From Octopus vulgaris (lineage: Eukaryota): a stretch of 64,000 bases of DNA. Both the position numbers and the translations under genes were made by a program. The stretch lies in the NCBI GenBank assembly GCA_951406725.2, contig OX597814.1, positions 113,832,001 to 113,896,000 of the forward strand. Reading direction: 5' to 3'. Shown piece by piece: positions 26,051 through 39,563 of the stretch. The notes below the pieces were generated by a model, which was not told the DNA's origin, searched no databases, and saw nothing but the letters and a program-made list of their open reading frames with translations. Each line of letters begins with the position of its first letter. Positions within the stretch are counted from its first letter, which is position 1.

Positions 26051-26096
26051 GACACCTGATGAAGGCCGGAGGGTATATCAGCCCAAACGTTGTTAT
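26051..26096 (+). ncRNA. Minimal hammerhead motif (SINE-borne, right arm)
   Basis: GACAC-CTGATGA-A-GGCCG(GAGGGTATAT)CAGCC-CAAA-CGTT-GT; G12 mutated to C. Confidence 0.55.
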
Positions 26097-26213
26097 CAAC
26101 AAACAAGATAAGGACAAAAATCCGTCAAATGTAAATAATTCCTCATCTCTTAAATATAGAACTGTATTGTAAAGTTGTTTTTATTATAACTGAAAATGAT
26201 AAAACAAACGCTA

Positions 26214-26322
<109 letters not shown>

Positions 26323-26893
26323 AGTGCGTGCCTGCTTGCATGTGTGTGTGTGTGCGTGTGAAAACCAATGCCACATTCCAAGTGTTAAGGAAGAAATATT
26401 GTTTCTATGGCGTGAACGGTCTCCAATCGTTTGTCTACAAAAAACGCATTACGTAATATTTCACCATTGTTGCTGCTAGTGGGAATGGTAAAAATGAAGC
26501 AGAATCAATGTCGAAGATATTCGCCAGGAAAACTCCAAGAGGACTATCCGTAGACGTGAATTGATAATATATTAGACAAGTTCGATATAGGATTAATCAC
26601 CATGGTAACACCCTTATTTCATATGTGTTCGCAATTCTTCATTTCTTGCTTTTTATTTTTTTACTCACAAATGCACACTTACAAATACATACACATCTTT
26701 TCACACACACACACACACACACATGCATACGTACAAGAGTATATAAATGGCTACATATAATACCATCCGTTCAAGGAGATATCTTCAAATACAAATATAC
26801 ATGTCTATGCATAGGTATACATGCATATAAATACGCACATGTATTCATACATATATATGTAGATAAATTGCAATGGATGCGAGGCGTTCAATC

Positions 26894-26961
<68 letters not shown>

Positions 26962-27315
26962 TAGTTAATCAAACATGAACAAAGAGAAAACACAACAACG
27001 CTAGGACGTGGAACAAGTATAGTGTTATTGGACGCTCAGGAAAGAAAAGATAGAAGGAGGATTTAACGTTTCGAGCGGAGCTCTTCGTCAGAAACATAGA
27101 AAAGGAAAGGTCCAAGGAAGGGAAGACGGAGAAATAAAATCGCCAACGATACACACGCGGTCACATATATGCATATATATATAGTTAACCCAAACATGAA
27201 AACACAAAGAGAAAACACAACAACGCGAGGACGTGGAACAAGTATAGTGTTATTGGACGCTCAGGAGAGGAAAGAAAGGAGGATTTAACGTTTCGAGTGG
27301 AGCTCTTCGTCATGC
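26962..27315 (-). mobile_element. Tandem pair of family F HHR repeats
   Basis: Copies 26962-27166 and 27182-27315, both homologous to 3581-3788; HHR motifs 222 nt apart. Confidence 0.75.
27061..27095 (-). ncRNA. Minimal hammerhead motif with canonical core (family F)
   Basis: Minus strand GTTT-CTGACGA-A-GAGC(TCC)GCTC-GAAA-CGTT-AAAT. Confidence 0.7.
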
Positions 27316-27526
27316 ATATATGGGTACAGGACGTTACCAAAAGTAAACAACATGAAATAAGAAAACAAATGAGTTCAGTACGTGAACAACAAGAGAAACA
27401 AATGGAAAACAGGACAAGCAGCATAAAGAACGACCCTTCATCAGTTGTCGGCTGTTTATCTACTCCTCTTGCATGTCTGTGTGCTTATATGTATATGCAT
27501 TATGGGTGTGTGTGTGTGTGCGTGCA

Positions 27527-27630
<104 letters not shown>

Positions 27631-27901
27631 ACTATGGCACTCCGTCGGTTACGGCGACGAGGGTTCCAGTTGATCAAGTCAACGCGCAGGTGGCTGAGTA
27701 CTCCACAGACACGTGTACCCTTAACGTAGTTCTCGAGGAGATTCAGCGTGACAGAGTGTGACAAGGTTGGCCCTTAGAAATACAGGTACAACAGAAGCAA
27801 GAAAAAAGAGCGAGAGAAAGAGCTTTAAGTGTTTTCGCTCAATAAACACCCACGACGCTCGGTCAGGGAATCGAAACTGCGATCCTATGAACACCATCCA
27901 C

Positions 27902-27938
<37 letters not shown>

Positions 27939-28226
27939 CTATAAGCAGATAGTCCGTCGGTTACTACAGCGATTGCTCCAATTGATCCACGTGCAAATGG
28001 CTGAGTACTCCACAGATACATATACCCTTAATGTAATTCTCAGGGAGATTCAGCATGACATAGAATGTGATAAAGCGAGCTCTTCGAAATGCAGTTACAA
28101 CTCATTTTTGCAAGCTGAGTAAACTGGAGCAACGTGAAATAAAGTGTCTTGTTCAAGGACACACCACACCACTGAGAATCGAACTCACAGCCTTACGATT
28201 GTGCGCCGAATATCCAAACCACTGAG

Positions 28227-28272
<46 letters not shown>

Positions 28273-28279
28273 ATATTTT

Positions 28280-28640
28280 TTATTCTTTCATTTCTTTGTG
28301 TTTCAGCCTAAAGGCTGTGTCCATGCTGGGGCACCATCATTATTATCATTTTAATGGCCATATCTTTCTGACTAACTTTTGTAGCCCTTTTTCGACTTTC
28401 TTGCCGTGTTGTAGGGTCATCTGAGATCTTGGACAGCAAGAGGTCATGTTGTTTCTTGAAAACATCCACTCCTAATCCATGTAGATCTCTCTCTCTCTCC
28501 CTCTCTCTCTCCACCCTCTCTCTCTGATGTTTTGGCAAGATATTGAATAATCGTGGGCCCTTGAATCCCAAGATATTTCAGGACGTGGTCGTCGCTCTAG
28601 ACAAGACGATTTGGACATTTAGAACAGTACAGTGATATCC
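28280..28640 (-). pseudogene. CR1/L2-group LINE 3' end
   Basis: GFKGPRLFNILPK..GVDVFKKQHDLLLSKISDDP then 3' UTR GGTGCCCCAGCATGGACACAGCC..GAAAC and A-rich tail. Confidence 0.75.
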
Positions 28641-28722
28641 ACTTCGAGCCTTGCTATATATCTCAGTATCATAGTTTGATGCTGATCCCACTTTCTCTGT
28701 CTCTTTGTCTCTTCCTCTCTCA

Positions 28723-28775
<53 letters not shown>

Positions 28776-28787
28776 CGTATACATATA

Positions 28788-28857
<70 letters not shown>

Positions 28858-29219
28858 TTCTCTTTTTACTTGTTTCAGTCATTTCATTGTGGCCATGCCT
28901 TATATATATATATATATATATACAAGGTGGCCCAAAAGAATGTTTACTGTTATTCAACTATCTCTTTCGCATTCATATATTAACAGTTTAGATCTTAATT
29001 ATAAAAAAAAAAATATGAAACCATTATTCTATGCTAATTTAGTTAATTTTGTCAAGCTCCCTTTTCAGTTTGTAAGAGAGAAATTTGAATGTTATAAAAT
29101 GTTTTAAAAGAAATTTAAAGTGCCTACGTGATATATACATACACACACACGGTCACACACACATACACTCACACAGAGATGGGCTGACACGTGATCACAC
29201 GTACACAGATACACACACA

Positions 29220-29768
29220 GGCGCAGGAGTGGCTGTGTGGTTAGTAGGTTGCTTACCAACCACATGGTTCCGGGTTCAGTCCCACTGCGTGGCACCTTGG
29301 GCAAGTGTCTTCTACTATAGCCTCGGGCCGAGCAAAGCCTTGTGAGTGGATTTGGTAGACGGAAACTGAAAGAAGACCGTCGTATATATGTATACATATA
29401 TGTATGTGTGGTTAGTAGGTTGCTTACCAACCACATGGTTCCGGGTTCAGTCCCACTGCGTGGCACCTTGTGCAAGTGTCTTCTACTATAGCCTCGGGTC
29501 GAGCAAAGCCTTGTGAGTGGATTTGGTAGAAGGAAACTGAAATATATGTATGCGTGTGTATATGTTTGTGTGTCTGTGTTTGTCCCCCCCAACATCGCTT
29601 GACAACCGATGCTGGTGTGTTTACATCCCCGCAACTTAGCGGTTCGGCAAAAAGAGACCGATTGAATAAGTACTAGGCTTACAAAGAATAAGTCCTGGGG
29701 GTCGATTTGTTCGACTAAAGGCGGTGCTCCAGCATGGTCGCAGTCAAATGACAAACAAATAAAAGAAT
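29220..29768 (+). mobile_element. SINE family B with internally duplicated first half
   Basis: ~135-bp head/CORE segment repeated at ~29234 and ~29405. Confidence 0.85.
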
Positions 29769-29889
29769 ATATGCACATTCACATACAGACACACACATAC
29801 ACACACGCCTGCTTATTCCACCATATCTTTCCTTTCAGATGTAGACAGAAAAAATTAGATGTCCACTCATGTGAAACCATGATTTAATG

Positions 29890-30957
29890 TATACATACGC
29901 ACACACACACACACACAGCCACACACTCATTCCTGACACACGCAAACACACACATTCCTCTCACAAATGCATACGAATAGATTCACACACTCACACAGAG
30001 AGAAATACATACGAGTGCTCACACACACACACAAATTCACATGAACATATTCACAAATACCCCCGCACGTACGCACACATACATTACGAACACATACAAA
30101 TTCACACATGCTCACACATAAATACACTCACGCTCGCACATAAATACACACATTCTGGTACTCATACACACACACACACACACTTTTACATACACACACA
30201 CAGATACATACGAAGATATATACATTCCCAAACACACATAAATACTCAAGAACACACACGGATTCACACACATTCACATACATTCACACACGCGAACACA
30301 TACATTTTCCCAGACACATCTAAACATAAACATACGTACACACACGTCTATACACGTAAAGACACACACACACACACACATAAACGCATACATACACATA
30401 CATGAACACAGACCGACATAAACACACACACACACACACAAGCATCGAACATTCGACAGATAATTTCCTCCATCTCTTAACATTTCTCCCAGCATCGATC
30501 CCTGTCTGCATCAGTTCTTCTTCCCTCTCACACTTCCCCACTCTCCCCAATATTTATGACTGATTTAATTAAAACCAACAAACGACACTCTATAATGCAA
30601 TTCATTCTGCTAAAAATAACAGTCAAATCTTCATTAAACCACACTGTGTAGTCTTAAAAGAAACCGAAAGACACAATGGAATAATGTAGTCCTACAGATA
30701 AGAAGGGATGGTCACAATTGGATGACTTTAAATGGTAGACATGGTAAGTCATGGTTGTATCGACTTTGGTCAAACTAAAATACGAATAGCTAAGTTAGAA
30801 GATTGGATGAAGTCCGGTTGGGAGGAGTGAAGCATCTCTTTGTCTCTTCTCCTTCATCAGTTTTTCAATGATCGTTCGAAGTTTCAGGAGAACTAAAATA
30901 TCTTACTCACCAATGTACACACACACGCAGACGCATGTACACACACACGCATGCACA

Positions 30958-30993
<36 letters not shown>

Positions 30994-31478
30994 AACACGT
31001 ATACGTGTATGTGTGTGAATGTGTGCCTATATATATGTGTATGTATGTAGGAATATATAGGTATAAATATATATGTATATATATATGTGTGTGTGAGTGT
31101 ATATAGGAATGTATATATATATGGATGAATGATATATATGTGTGTGTAAACAACAAACAGATGTATTAGTTTAAAGCTTGGTAAGTGAGAAAGTCTTATA
31201 CATCTGCATGAATAATATATATATGTATACGCACACACACACACACACACACACATACAAGCAGACACGCATGAGCACATACACAAACACGCATACAAAC
31301 GCACACATACACACAAACACACATACTCACAAACACACAGAAACAGAGAAACACACGCACACATACACACATGTATGCGTCTTCTTACTTTAGACCAAAG
31401 TTTCACTGTTTCCTTGGCAATGTTTCTCCAATCTAATATATTTATTTCGGAAGAACAAGCATTTTTCCACTCAACAGG

Positions 31479-31512
<34 letters not shown>

Positions 31513-33010
31513 TGTACGTACTCACGAATACACATACGCAAATAAGCGCAGCATGTGGCTATTCGTGTATGGCTAAAAATGTGATTGAAATTTCCAAGAA
31601 TTGTTATCTTCCGTGTTTCGCTGCCTTCAACAATGTCTTCGCCAGTTTCAGAAGTATTCATTGAAAAATTATCAAAATATTTACACCCGGATATATATAT
31701 GCGATGCTTCGTCTCCCTTTTTCTCTCCGTCAATAAGACATTCGTACTCGACCTCGTCTAAACAATCCGCTTTGTCTGTCAATGCCAAGCACTTAATGTC
31801 AACTTGACTTCACTTTCGATTCGTATTTATATTTTCATGTTTAAGTGATACACATACAGACATGCATACATATATACATACACAAATACACAATTCATAC
31901 ATACATACATACATGCATGCATACTTGCATACATACATATATATATATATATATATACATACTTACACACACATAAATACATTCATACATAGATACATAC
32001 ATACATGCATAAGCTTTCATACATACACACTTACATACACACATACATACAAACATACATACAAAGATACATACATAGATATATACATACACGCATACAT
32101 ATATATACATACACATATACATATATGCATACACACCTACAAAATTCATACGTACATATATTCATACATGTATGAAGACTTGCATAACACACACATGCAT
32201 ACATTCATACATAGACACATACATACATGCACGCATAAGCTTTCATACATACATACACACATACAAAATTCATACGTACATACATTCATTCATACGTGCA
32301 TACGTGCATACATAGATATATACATACATACACGCACACATTCATACATACACATACATATGTACATACGTACACGCACGCATAAGCTTTCATACATACA
32401 TACATACGTACATTAACTAAGTTGGCTCCATTAATATTCGAGCAACAGGGTGCATACCAACCCTCACGGAGCAAAGTTTGACTGACCTTGGGATTTTGGA
32501 GAGAACGCAAATCGTTAATACATGCGCTCCAAATGCTCAAGATATCTAGAACAATAAAACTCTGCAAGTCTTTCTTAAGATTTAATGGATGATGGTTAAA
32601 TCATGATGCTTAACGCCATAAACCTTGCTGGCCGCTGAAAATTTACTCTAAATTCAAAAGAGATATAGGAGACATACATGCATACATACATACATACACA
32701 AACATACATACATACACACACACAACATACATACACACATACATACATAAACACACATACATACACACACATACACATACATACACACATACACATACAT
32801 ACACATCCACACATACACATACATACACACACATTCATACATACACACACATTCATACATACACACACATTCATACATACACACACATACATTCATACAT
32901 ACATACACACACATTCATACATACATACACACACATTCATACATACACACACACACACATTCATACATACATAGACACACACACACATACATACATACAC
33001 ACAAGTAGAT
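29890..33010. repeat. Cluster of degenerate (CA)n/(CATA)n low-complexity tracts
   Basis: Tracts at ~29890-30440, 30915-31375, 31850-32412, 32673-33010. Confidence 0.85.
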
Positions 33011-33242
33011 ACATACAAATATATTCTAAGTATTTTTATTCTGTTGATGGTACGTTCACAGAAGTATTCTTAAATGGATCTTTAGCTGTCATGTTCCCGA
33101 CTAGTCATAAACAGGTTTGTCAAAGTCCAAACAAGATTAACTCCGTAAACCAGTCACCAATAAAATATATACAGATTATTTCTAGAACTATTGAGAAGTA
33201 TGTGAAAAAGCCTGGTTCTTACGAAGAGACAAACAAGACTGC

Positions 33243-33324
<82 letters not shown>

Positions 33325-33905
33325 GTCTGTCTGTCTGTCTGTCTAAGTGCCTGTATGTCTGTCTGTCTGTCTCTAAGAAAGCCCCAGAATATGACAAGGC
33401 CCTGAAAAAGGCCGGAGTGTACGATGACCAAAATATAGGGACCGTGTGTGTGTGTGTGTATGTGTGCGTGCGTGCATGTATGTATGTTTACTAATCTCTG
33501 CTTTTGGCATTACAGCTTTGATAAATATGGAATGGAACCAAATTCTTCTTTCGCTCGAGCATCGTATCGATTGTATCTGCATACTACAACACGAGGCAGT
33601 TTGATTATGGCATTCTATTTGAAACGTGTGTAGCTGATTAAATCGTTGTTTGACCTTCATTCTTTCAGGGTTTTCTTTTTCTATTATACTCTATAGTTAA
33701 TGTACCGAATTTGTTCAGTGTCGGATTTAGAATTTGGATATGTCACAGAAAGTGAAGTAACAATCTATGTGAATTATTGTGGTTTCAAAGGACAATTTAG
33801 AGAGTTAGGTTCGATCTCTACAGAGTGCTTAAGAGATATTCGCCCAGATTTATTTAATCCCTTTATAAAAATATATATATAAAGAAACAAAACCTGTAAT
33901 GTAAT

Positions 33906-34020
33906 CCCTAAGTAAAAGATATAAATATTATTAAAAGTTACGAATTAAAAAATTCAAATAGAGTATTATTTAATTTCTTAATTCGTAACTTTTAATAATA
34001 TTAATGTCTTTAACTTAGGG
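33906..34020. repeat. Imperfect AT-rich inverted repeat
   Basis: CCCTAAG..AATATTATTAAAAGTTACGAATTAA / TTAATTCGTAACTTTTAATAATATT..CTTAGGG. Confidence 0.8.
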
Positions 34021-35025
34021 TTTATTTTTTTATTCCTTATTTTATATTTTATTATCTTTCTTTTTATTCCTTATATTATGAGGTGAGTTAAACTTTTAGT
34101 TTTTAGGGTTTTTTTTTTTTAGGAATTTGACCTGAGGAGTGACTGTTTTGGGGAGTAAAATCATTTTCCCGTTCTAATGAACTTGGATATGTGGAATTGC
34201 TTTTCGTTCAAACTGTGAAAGTTTGATTTAGAATCTAACAAATGAAATACGAAATTCTAGTTAATGCTCACATTTACAGGGATTTATGAAGAGTGGGTGA
34301 AAGGGAAGTAAACACCGCTAGGTAATTGCCATAAAATTATATTGGGATGTAGGTTATCGAACCATGCAAAATAAAACACTAATGAGATCAAATTTAATGG
34401 GGAACTGTTACAAAAATGGTGAAATTAACTAAGTGGAAATGAAAAATGGGAGAGCGTCCTAACAGTGGGTTATACCGATAATGGATTGGAACAATAAAAT
34501 AAATGAAAAAATAAATGGATGACGCAAGCCTACAGCGAAGGTCATTAGCGAATTGTTTTATATGGAAGACAGAAAAAGTGAAATTTGATTAAAATATGAA
34601 GCGGAATTGAAGAAGACATTACATTATTAAAGTCGCTCTAAGCAGTGTTGAATGAAGTATAGTTATGTAGTGCCTTATTCAACATACTGGCTTATGTTAG
34701 GGTATACAAAGACGTCCTTCAAGGCATAAAGGCGTGTTTACGTAACGTATTGTCTATGAGGAAACAATATAGTTTTCTCTCGAGACAAGGTCTTCTCTTT
34801 CTTTGTCAAAATGTAAATAAAACTGTAAATAACTATTTTACTTGTTTTAGTCATTAGACTGTACCCAGGCTGGAGCACCGCCTTGAAGAATTTTAGTCGA
34901 ACGAATCGACCTCGGTGCTTGCTTTTCTTTTTAAGGCTGGTACTTATTCGATGAGTCTCTTTTGCTGAATCGCTAAGTTACGGGGATGTAAACACACCAA
35001 CACCGGTTGTTAAGCGGTGATGAGT

Positions 35026-35089
<64 letters not shown>

Positions 35090-35161
35090 TATACATACAT
35101 ACTTACATATATACACATACCCAAACGGTCACAGGCACACACACACACATGTATATATAGA

Positions 35162-35220
<59 letters not shown>

Positions 35221-35497
35221 AATGCAAGGAAATAAGCACCTTGTAGGGGTGCAAAACATCCAAGTTTCACTGGTTAACTGTCCAATGCTCAGTATATAAT
35301 ATTTGGCAAACGGAAACTGAAAGAAGCACGTCATATGTATGTGTATATAAGGAGAGAGAGCATGACCGTAGTCTAATAACTAAAACAAGTCACCAAATCC
35401 ACTCACAAGGCTACGAAGTGAGATTGAACCAGGAACCGTGTTGTTGGGAAGCAAGCCTCTTACCACACAGTCAAGTCCACGTGTTAATATTTAACAG

Positions 35498-35626
35498 GTC
35501 TGTCTGGAGATATTGTCCAGTCTGCATTTGAGTTGCTGCCCAGAACAGGAGAGGCAATCACTTCTCATGTAGTTGCGGCTGTTATTCGCACTAGAAGAGA
35601 AGTGAAGCTTTCTGGGCGCCAGATTG
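35498..35626 (+). CDS. Candidate host exon (phase 1-1, 129 nt), weakly cadherin-like
   Basis: ttaacag| ... |gtatgt; open frame LSGDIVQSAFELLPRTGEAITSHVVAAVIRTRREVKLSGRQI. Confidence 0.5.
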
Positions 35627-35732
35627 GTATGTACGTACAGGGCTAAAGAAGTGCTGTATGTTACATCGTACTTGTTATAAAGTAAAGCCGTACTTATTAT
35701 AAAATTTGCTCTTTAACCTTATTTTTACAAAG

Positions 35733-35863
35733 CAGTGAAGTTATTTACCCGCGACTCGGGACTCAGTATCCAGGTCAGTAGGCCTATTCCTGCTACTGTC
35801 AACCGCTTGACTACGGGAGCCGTGTCAAGTAGGATCATCACAGGATCGACAAAAACACTCTGA
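35733..35863 (+). CDS. Candidate following exon, in frame with 35498-35626
   Basis: Pyrimidine tract + NAGNAG acceptor; AVKLFTRDSGLSIQVSRPIPATVNRLTTGAVSSRIITGSTKTL*; alternative donor CAG|GTCAGT at ~35773. Confidence 0.45.
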
Positions 35864-36056
35864 TGTAATGATGAAGGTCACAGCACACAAAACTAATAAC
35901 CGCACACAAAACTAACAACCGCACACAAAACTAACAACCACGCACACACACACACACACATATATATAGTTAAATTTACAGAAAAGAAATGATGAAGGCA
36001 AGTAAATGTACAACAAGCAGGTGTATTAGTTTCACGCTCAGGAAGAATAGAAAAGT

Positions 36057-36092
36057 GTTTGACGTTTCGGACTTACGCTCTTCGACAGAAAG
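36057..36092 (-). ncRNA. Minimal hammerhead-like motif (family F2, core CTGTCGA) in repeat 35968-36120
   Basis: Minus strand CTTT-CTGTCGA-A-GAGC(GTAA)GTCC-GAAA-CGTC-AAAC; stem II damaged. Confidence 0.45.
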
Positions 36093-36117
36093 GAATGAGA
36101 GGAAGAAATATGTGCGG

Positions 36118-36300
<183 letters not shown>

Positions 36301-36339
36301 TCGACCAAAGATTGCCACAAGGTATTCTAATTTAATAGT

Positions 36340-36570
36340 ACAAACTTGATTATCAAGCTTTGTAGTATGATGGCCCATTCAAGTTGGGAGTTCTTGTTGA
36401 GTGAGTTATATCCAGATATAGGTGGGTTATCTGGTATCTTTTGCAGAAATTTGTACAGATTCCGTTTAAAAATTATGGAATATTTTTCCTCCTTGATTTG
36501 TTTTGGGACAATGTTAAATAGGATAGGGCCTGTTGAGGGAAAGAAATTGTGTTGCAGTGTATTTATGCGT
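36340..36570 (-). pseudogene. CR1/L2-group LINE 3' remnant (second family)
   Basis: [47 protein letters not shown]. Confidence 0.7.
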
Positions 36571-36683
36571 TGTGATGTATGTATAACACATACGCACACG
36601 GTCAGAGGCACACCCCCAATTACATCACATATACATATGTATATTATACACACACATATATATACATATATAGACACACACAT

Positions 36684-36737
<54 letters not shown>

Positions 36738-36782
36738 ACAAACACACACACATATAAATATATACATGCATATATACATAGA

Positions 36783-36847
<65 letters not shown>

Positions 36848-37044
36848 ATAATAAGAGTAAATAATTTCTATAAAGGCTTTTAAAAAAACCCCAATTATTT
36901 ACTGGTAGAATTCGGTATGTAAATATAGCCGATTACCGGCAGGAACTTCTGTAGAGTTCAGTATATATATTGTATATAAGAAAAAGGGACAGGCAAACAG
37001 GTTGCTTGACCGCATACCGAAAAAATAGAAATAGCAGTCAAGAA

Positions 37045-37279
37045 TGCTTATTTCTATCAAAGTTCGACTGGGCACGACAAACCCTGTAATTCACATATGC
37101 AAAACAGAAGGAATAGATAACGAAAACGAAGTCTAGTGGTTGTCTGTGAACATCATGTCCAGAAACATGATGTTCACAGATAACCACTAGACTTCGTTTT
37201 CGTTATCTATTCCTTCTGTTTTGCATATGTGAATTACAGGGTTTGTCGTGCCCGAGTCCAACTTTGATAGAAATAAGCA
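37045..37279. repeat. Near-perfect fold-back (arms ~114 bp, 6-nt loop)
   Basis: 37045-37158 is the reverse complement of 37165-37279 with only a few differences. Confidence 0.9.
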
Positions 37280-38852
37280 CACATACACATATATATATAT
37301 ATATATATACATGCATATATACATAGAAACATATATATATATATCCAATGCAAGGAAATGAGCACTCCTTATAGGGATGTAAAACATCCAAGTTTCACTG
37401 GTTAGCTCTTCAATTCTTAATATATATTTAGTAGAAAATTTCTTCAATATAATTGGTTTATATTTATCATCTACATATATATAAATACATTTAAATCAAT
37501 ATAACAATATATATAAATTATATATAATTATCTATTCTTTCAAATTAAAACATATTTTTAATGTAAATAATCATAGCTTATATAGATTTTATTATATTAT
37601 CATACGAATAAAAGTAGAGTATAAAAACAATTTTTATTTATATATTACAATATAAATCTATATAAGCTCTGATTATTTAGATCAAATATGTTTTTAATTT
37701 GAAAGAATAAATAATTATATATTATATATTTTTATATTGATTTATATATATATATAAGTATATATATATATGAGTAGATGTATATTTGCATTTATTTATA
37801 TATTATAAAATATTATATGTATTACTTTATAAATTATTGATTATGGAATGTAATTTAATAAATAAATTAATCAAGGAAATAAATAAAATAAATTAATGAT
37901 ATGCTGATGTAATTGTAACATGATAATTGATGTGGTAAACAGAAGGTTCTCGTATTTACTCATCTTTATCACGTGATACACATTTTGAATATAATAGATG
38001 TTTAAAACAGTAACTATTATCTTGATTATACGCTGAAACGAATCATATTTATTGTAATTCCCCCCAAATGGTTTCAATACGGTTTAACAGAAATATATGG
38101 AAGAATTAGATGAACGTTCTCCGGTTATTTCATATATTACTAATAAAGTATATTTTATTATATATAATATAATATTGTATAATTTAATGGCGTTAGTTTT
38201 TTTCTCTAGTTTCAGCTCAGAGCTGTGGCCATGCTGATGCACCGCCATTATGTATAAATTTATATTATATAATTTTAATTTTATCTTAAATGCATTTAAA
38301 TTAGACTTTAACTATGTTTTCAAAAATAATATATGATTTGGTTCATACTGAATAAATTTATCATAAAGGTTTTCGTACTTACATAAATAGATTTCTATTA
38401 GTTTATAATTAGTGAATAACGTTTTTTTTAAAAAATAATATCTTTAATAAATTTTATTTGTAGGATTTATTATTTACGGTTCTTCTCCTTTTTACGAACG
38501 TATGAATGCATAAAAATAATGTAAGTACATAAATTTACATATGTTTATTTTCCTCTGAAAAAATACGTAAGTTATTTTAAAGTATTTTACATACATATTA
38601 GTACGAATAACAAAAAAGAGTTTTTCTGAAATATTCTTTGTGAAAATAGTAAATAATGGTGTTTATTTGAGAATATATTTAGTAAATTTATATTATGATA
38701 ATATGTGTTTGCAGTTTCTATTTCTTTCGAACGTATTGATACTTACGTAATATATTTGCATGGGTTTATTTTCTTTTATAAAAACTAAGTAACTTTTGAT
38801 TGAATTCTTAACATACACATTACTATGGATAATATATAATGAATATAGTATA

Positions 38853-39096
38853 TCGTGAAGTATATTTGCCACTTAAATGTGGCTAACCCTTAAGGTTTGA
38901 TGCTACTGTGCTCTATGAGTATTTGCAAATACTCATAGGACAAAGAAAGTGTGTCAATAGCCAGCTGGAGGAGGTGTTCTCCTGGGGCTACAAGCTACAG
39001 TAGCATCAAAACTTAAGGGTTAGCCACATTTAAGTGGCAAATATACTTCACGATGTCGTGCAGCTACTGTTTATACCTTGCCCAGAGATTTATTAT
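38853..39096. mobile_element. Asymmetric fold-back insertion with 13-bp TSD
   Basis: Inverted arms 38852-38909 / 38997-39054; palindrome CTATGAGTATTTGCAAATACTCATAG; 42-nt one-sided tail; TSD TGAATATAGTATA at 38840-38852 and 39097-39109. Confidence 0.85.
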
Positions 39097-39466
39097 TGAA
39101 TATAGTATAATTTATAAAATTAATTATAATATTATTTAATGTCGGCGTGGTTGAGATAAGGAATATTTTTCTTAGAAAATGATTTTGTGTATGTTGTAAT
39201 TTTCTTAATAGTATAGAACTGGAAGTCAATATTTACAGTTTTACAATAAATTAATAACGGATTATTTCTCTTTTAAAATGCTAACGCGCAGAAATATACA
39301 TAAATAAATATTCTCAAATATGCACACACATTTTATAACCGTTATATTTTATATCATTTATTATTTTTTTAAATCAGATTATTGACGCTCACACTCACAA
39401 ACGTAAACATATATTGATTAAACCTGTTTTGCAATTTTAAACTTCTCATATGTGATTTTCTTTCGT

Positions 39467-39563
39467 TACCCTGATGAAATTCTTACCCAAAAATATTTCC
39501 ATAATATAAATTTTATAAATTTGGTGTTGGTTTTTGGGTTTGAATAGAAACGATTGTAGGGAT
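39467..39563 (+). ncRNA. Type I hammerhead motif with long stem II
   Basis: CC-CTGATGA-A-ATTC..ACCCAAAAA..TTTTTGGGT..GAAT-A-GAAA-CGATTG-TA-GG; stem I short. Confidence 0.55.

Larger units (their letters stand above)
25706..26164. mobile_element. Fold-back insertion of a tRNA-headed, HHR-carrying SINE-like element with 12-bp TSD
   Basis: Left arm (minus): tRNA head 25884-25948, (AAT)n, HHR; right arm (plus): headless copy with ~28-nt extra tail; TSD TATTGTAAAGTT at 25694-25705 and 26165-26176. Confidence 0.8.
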
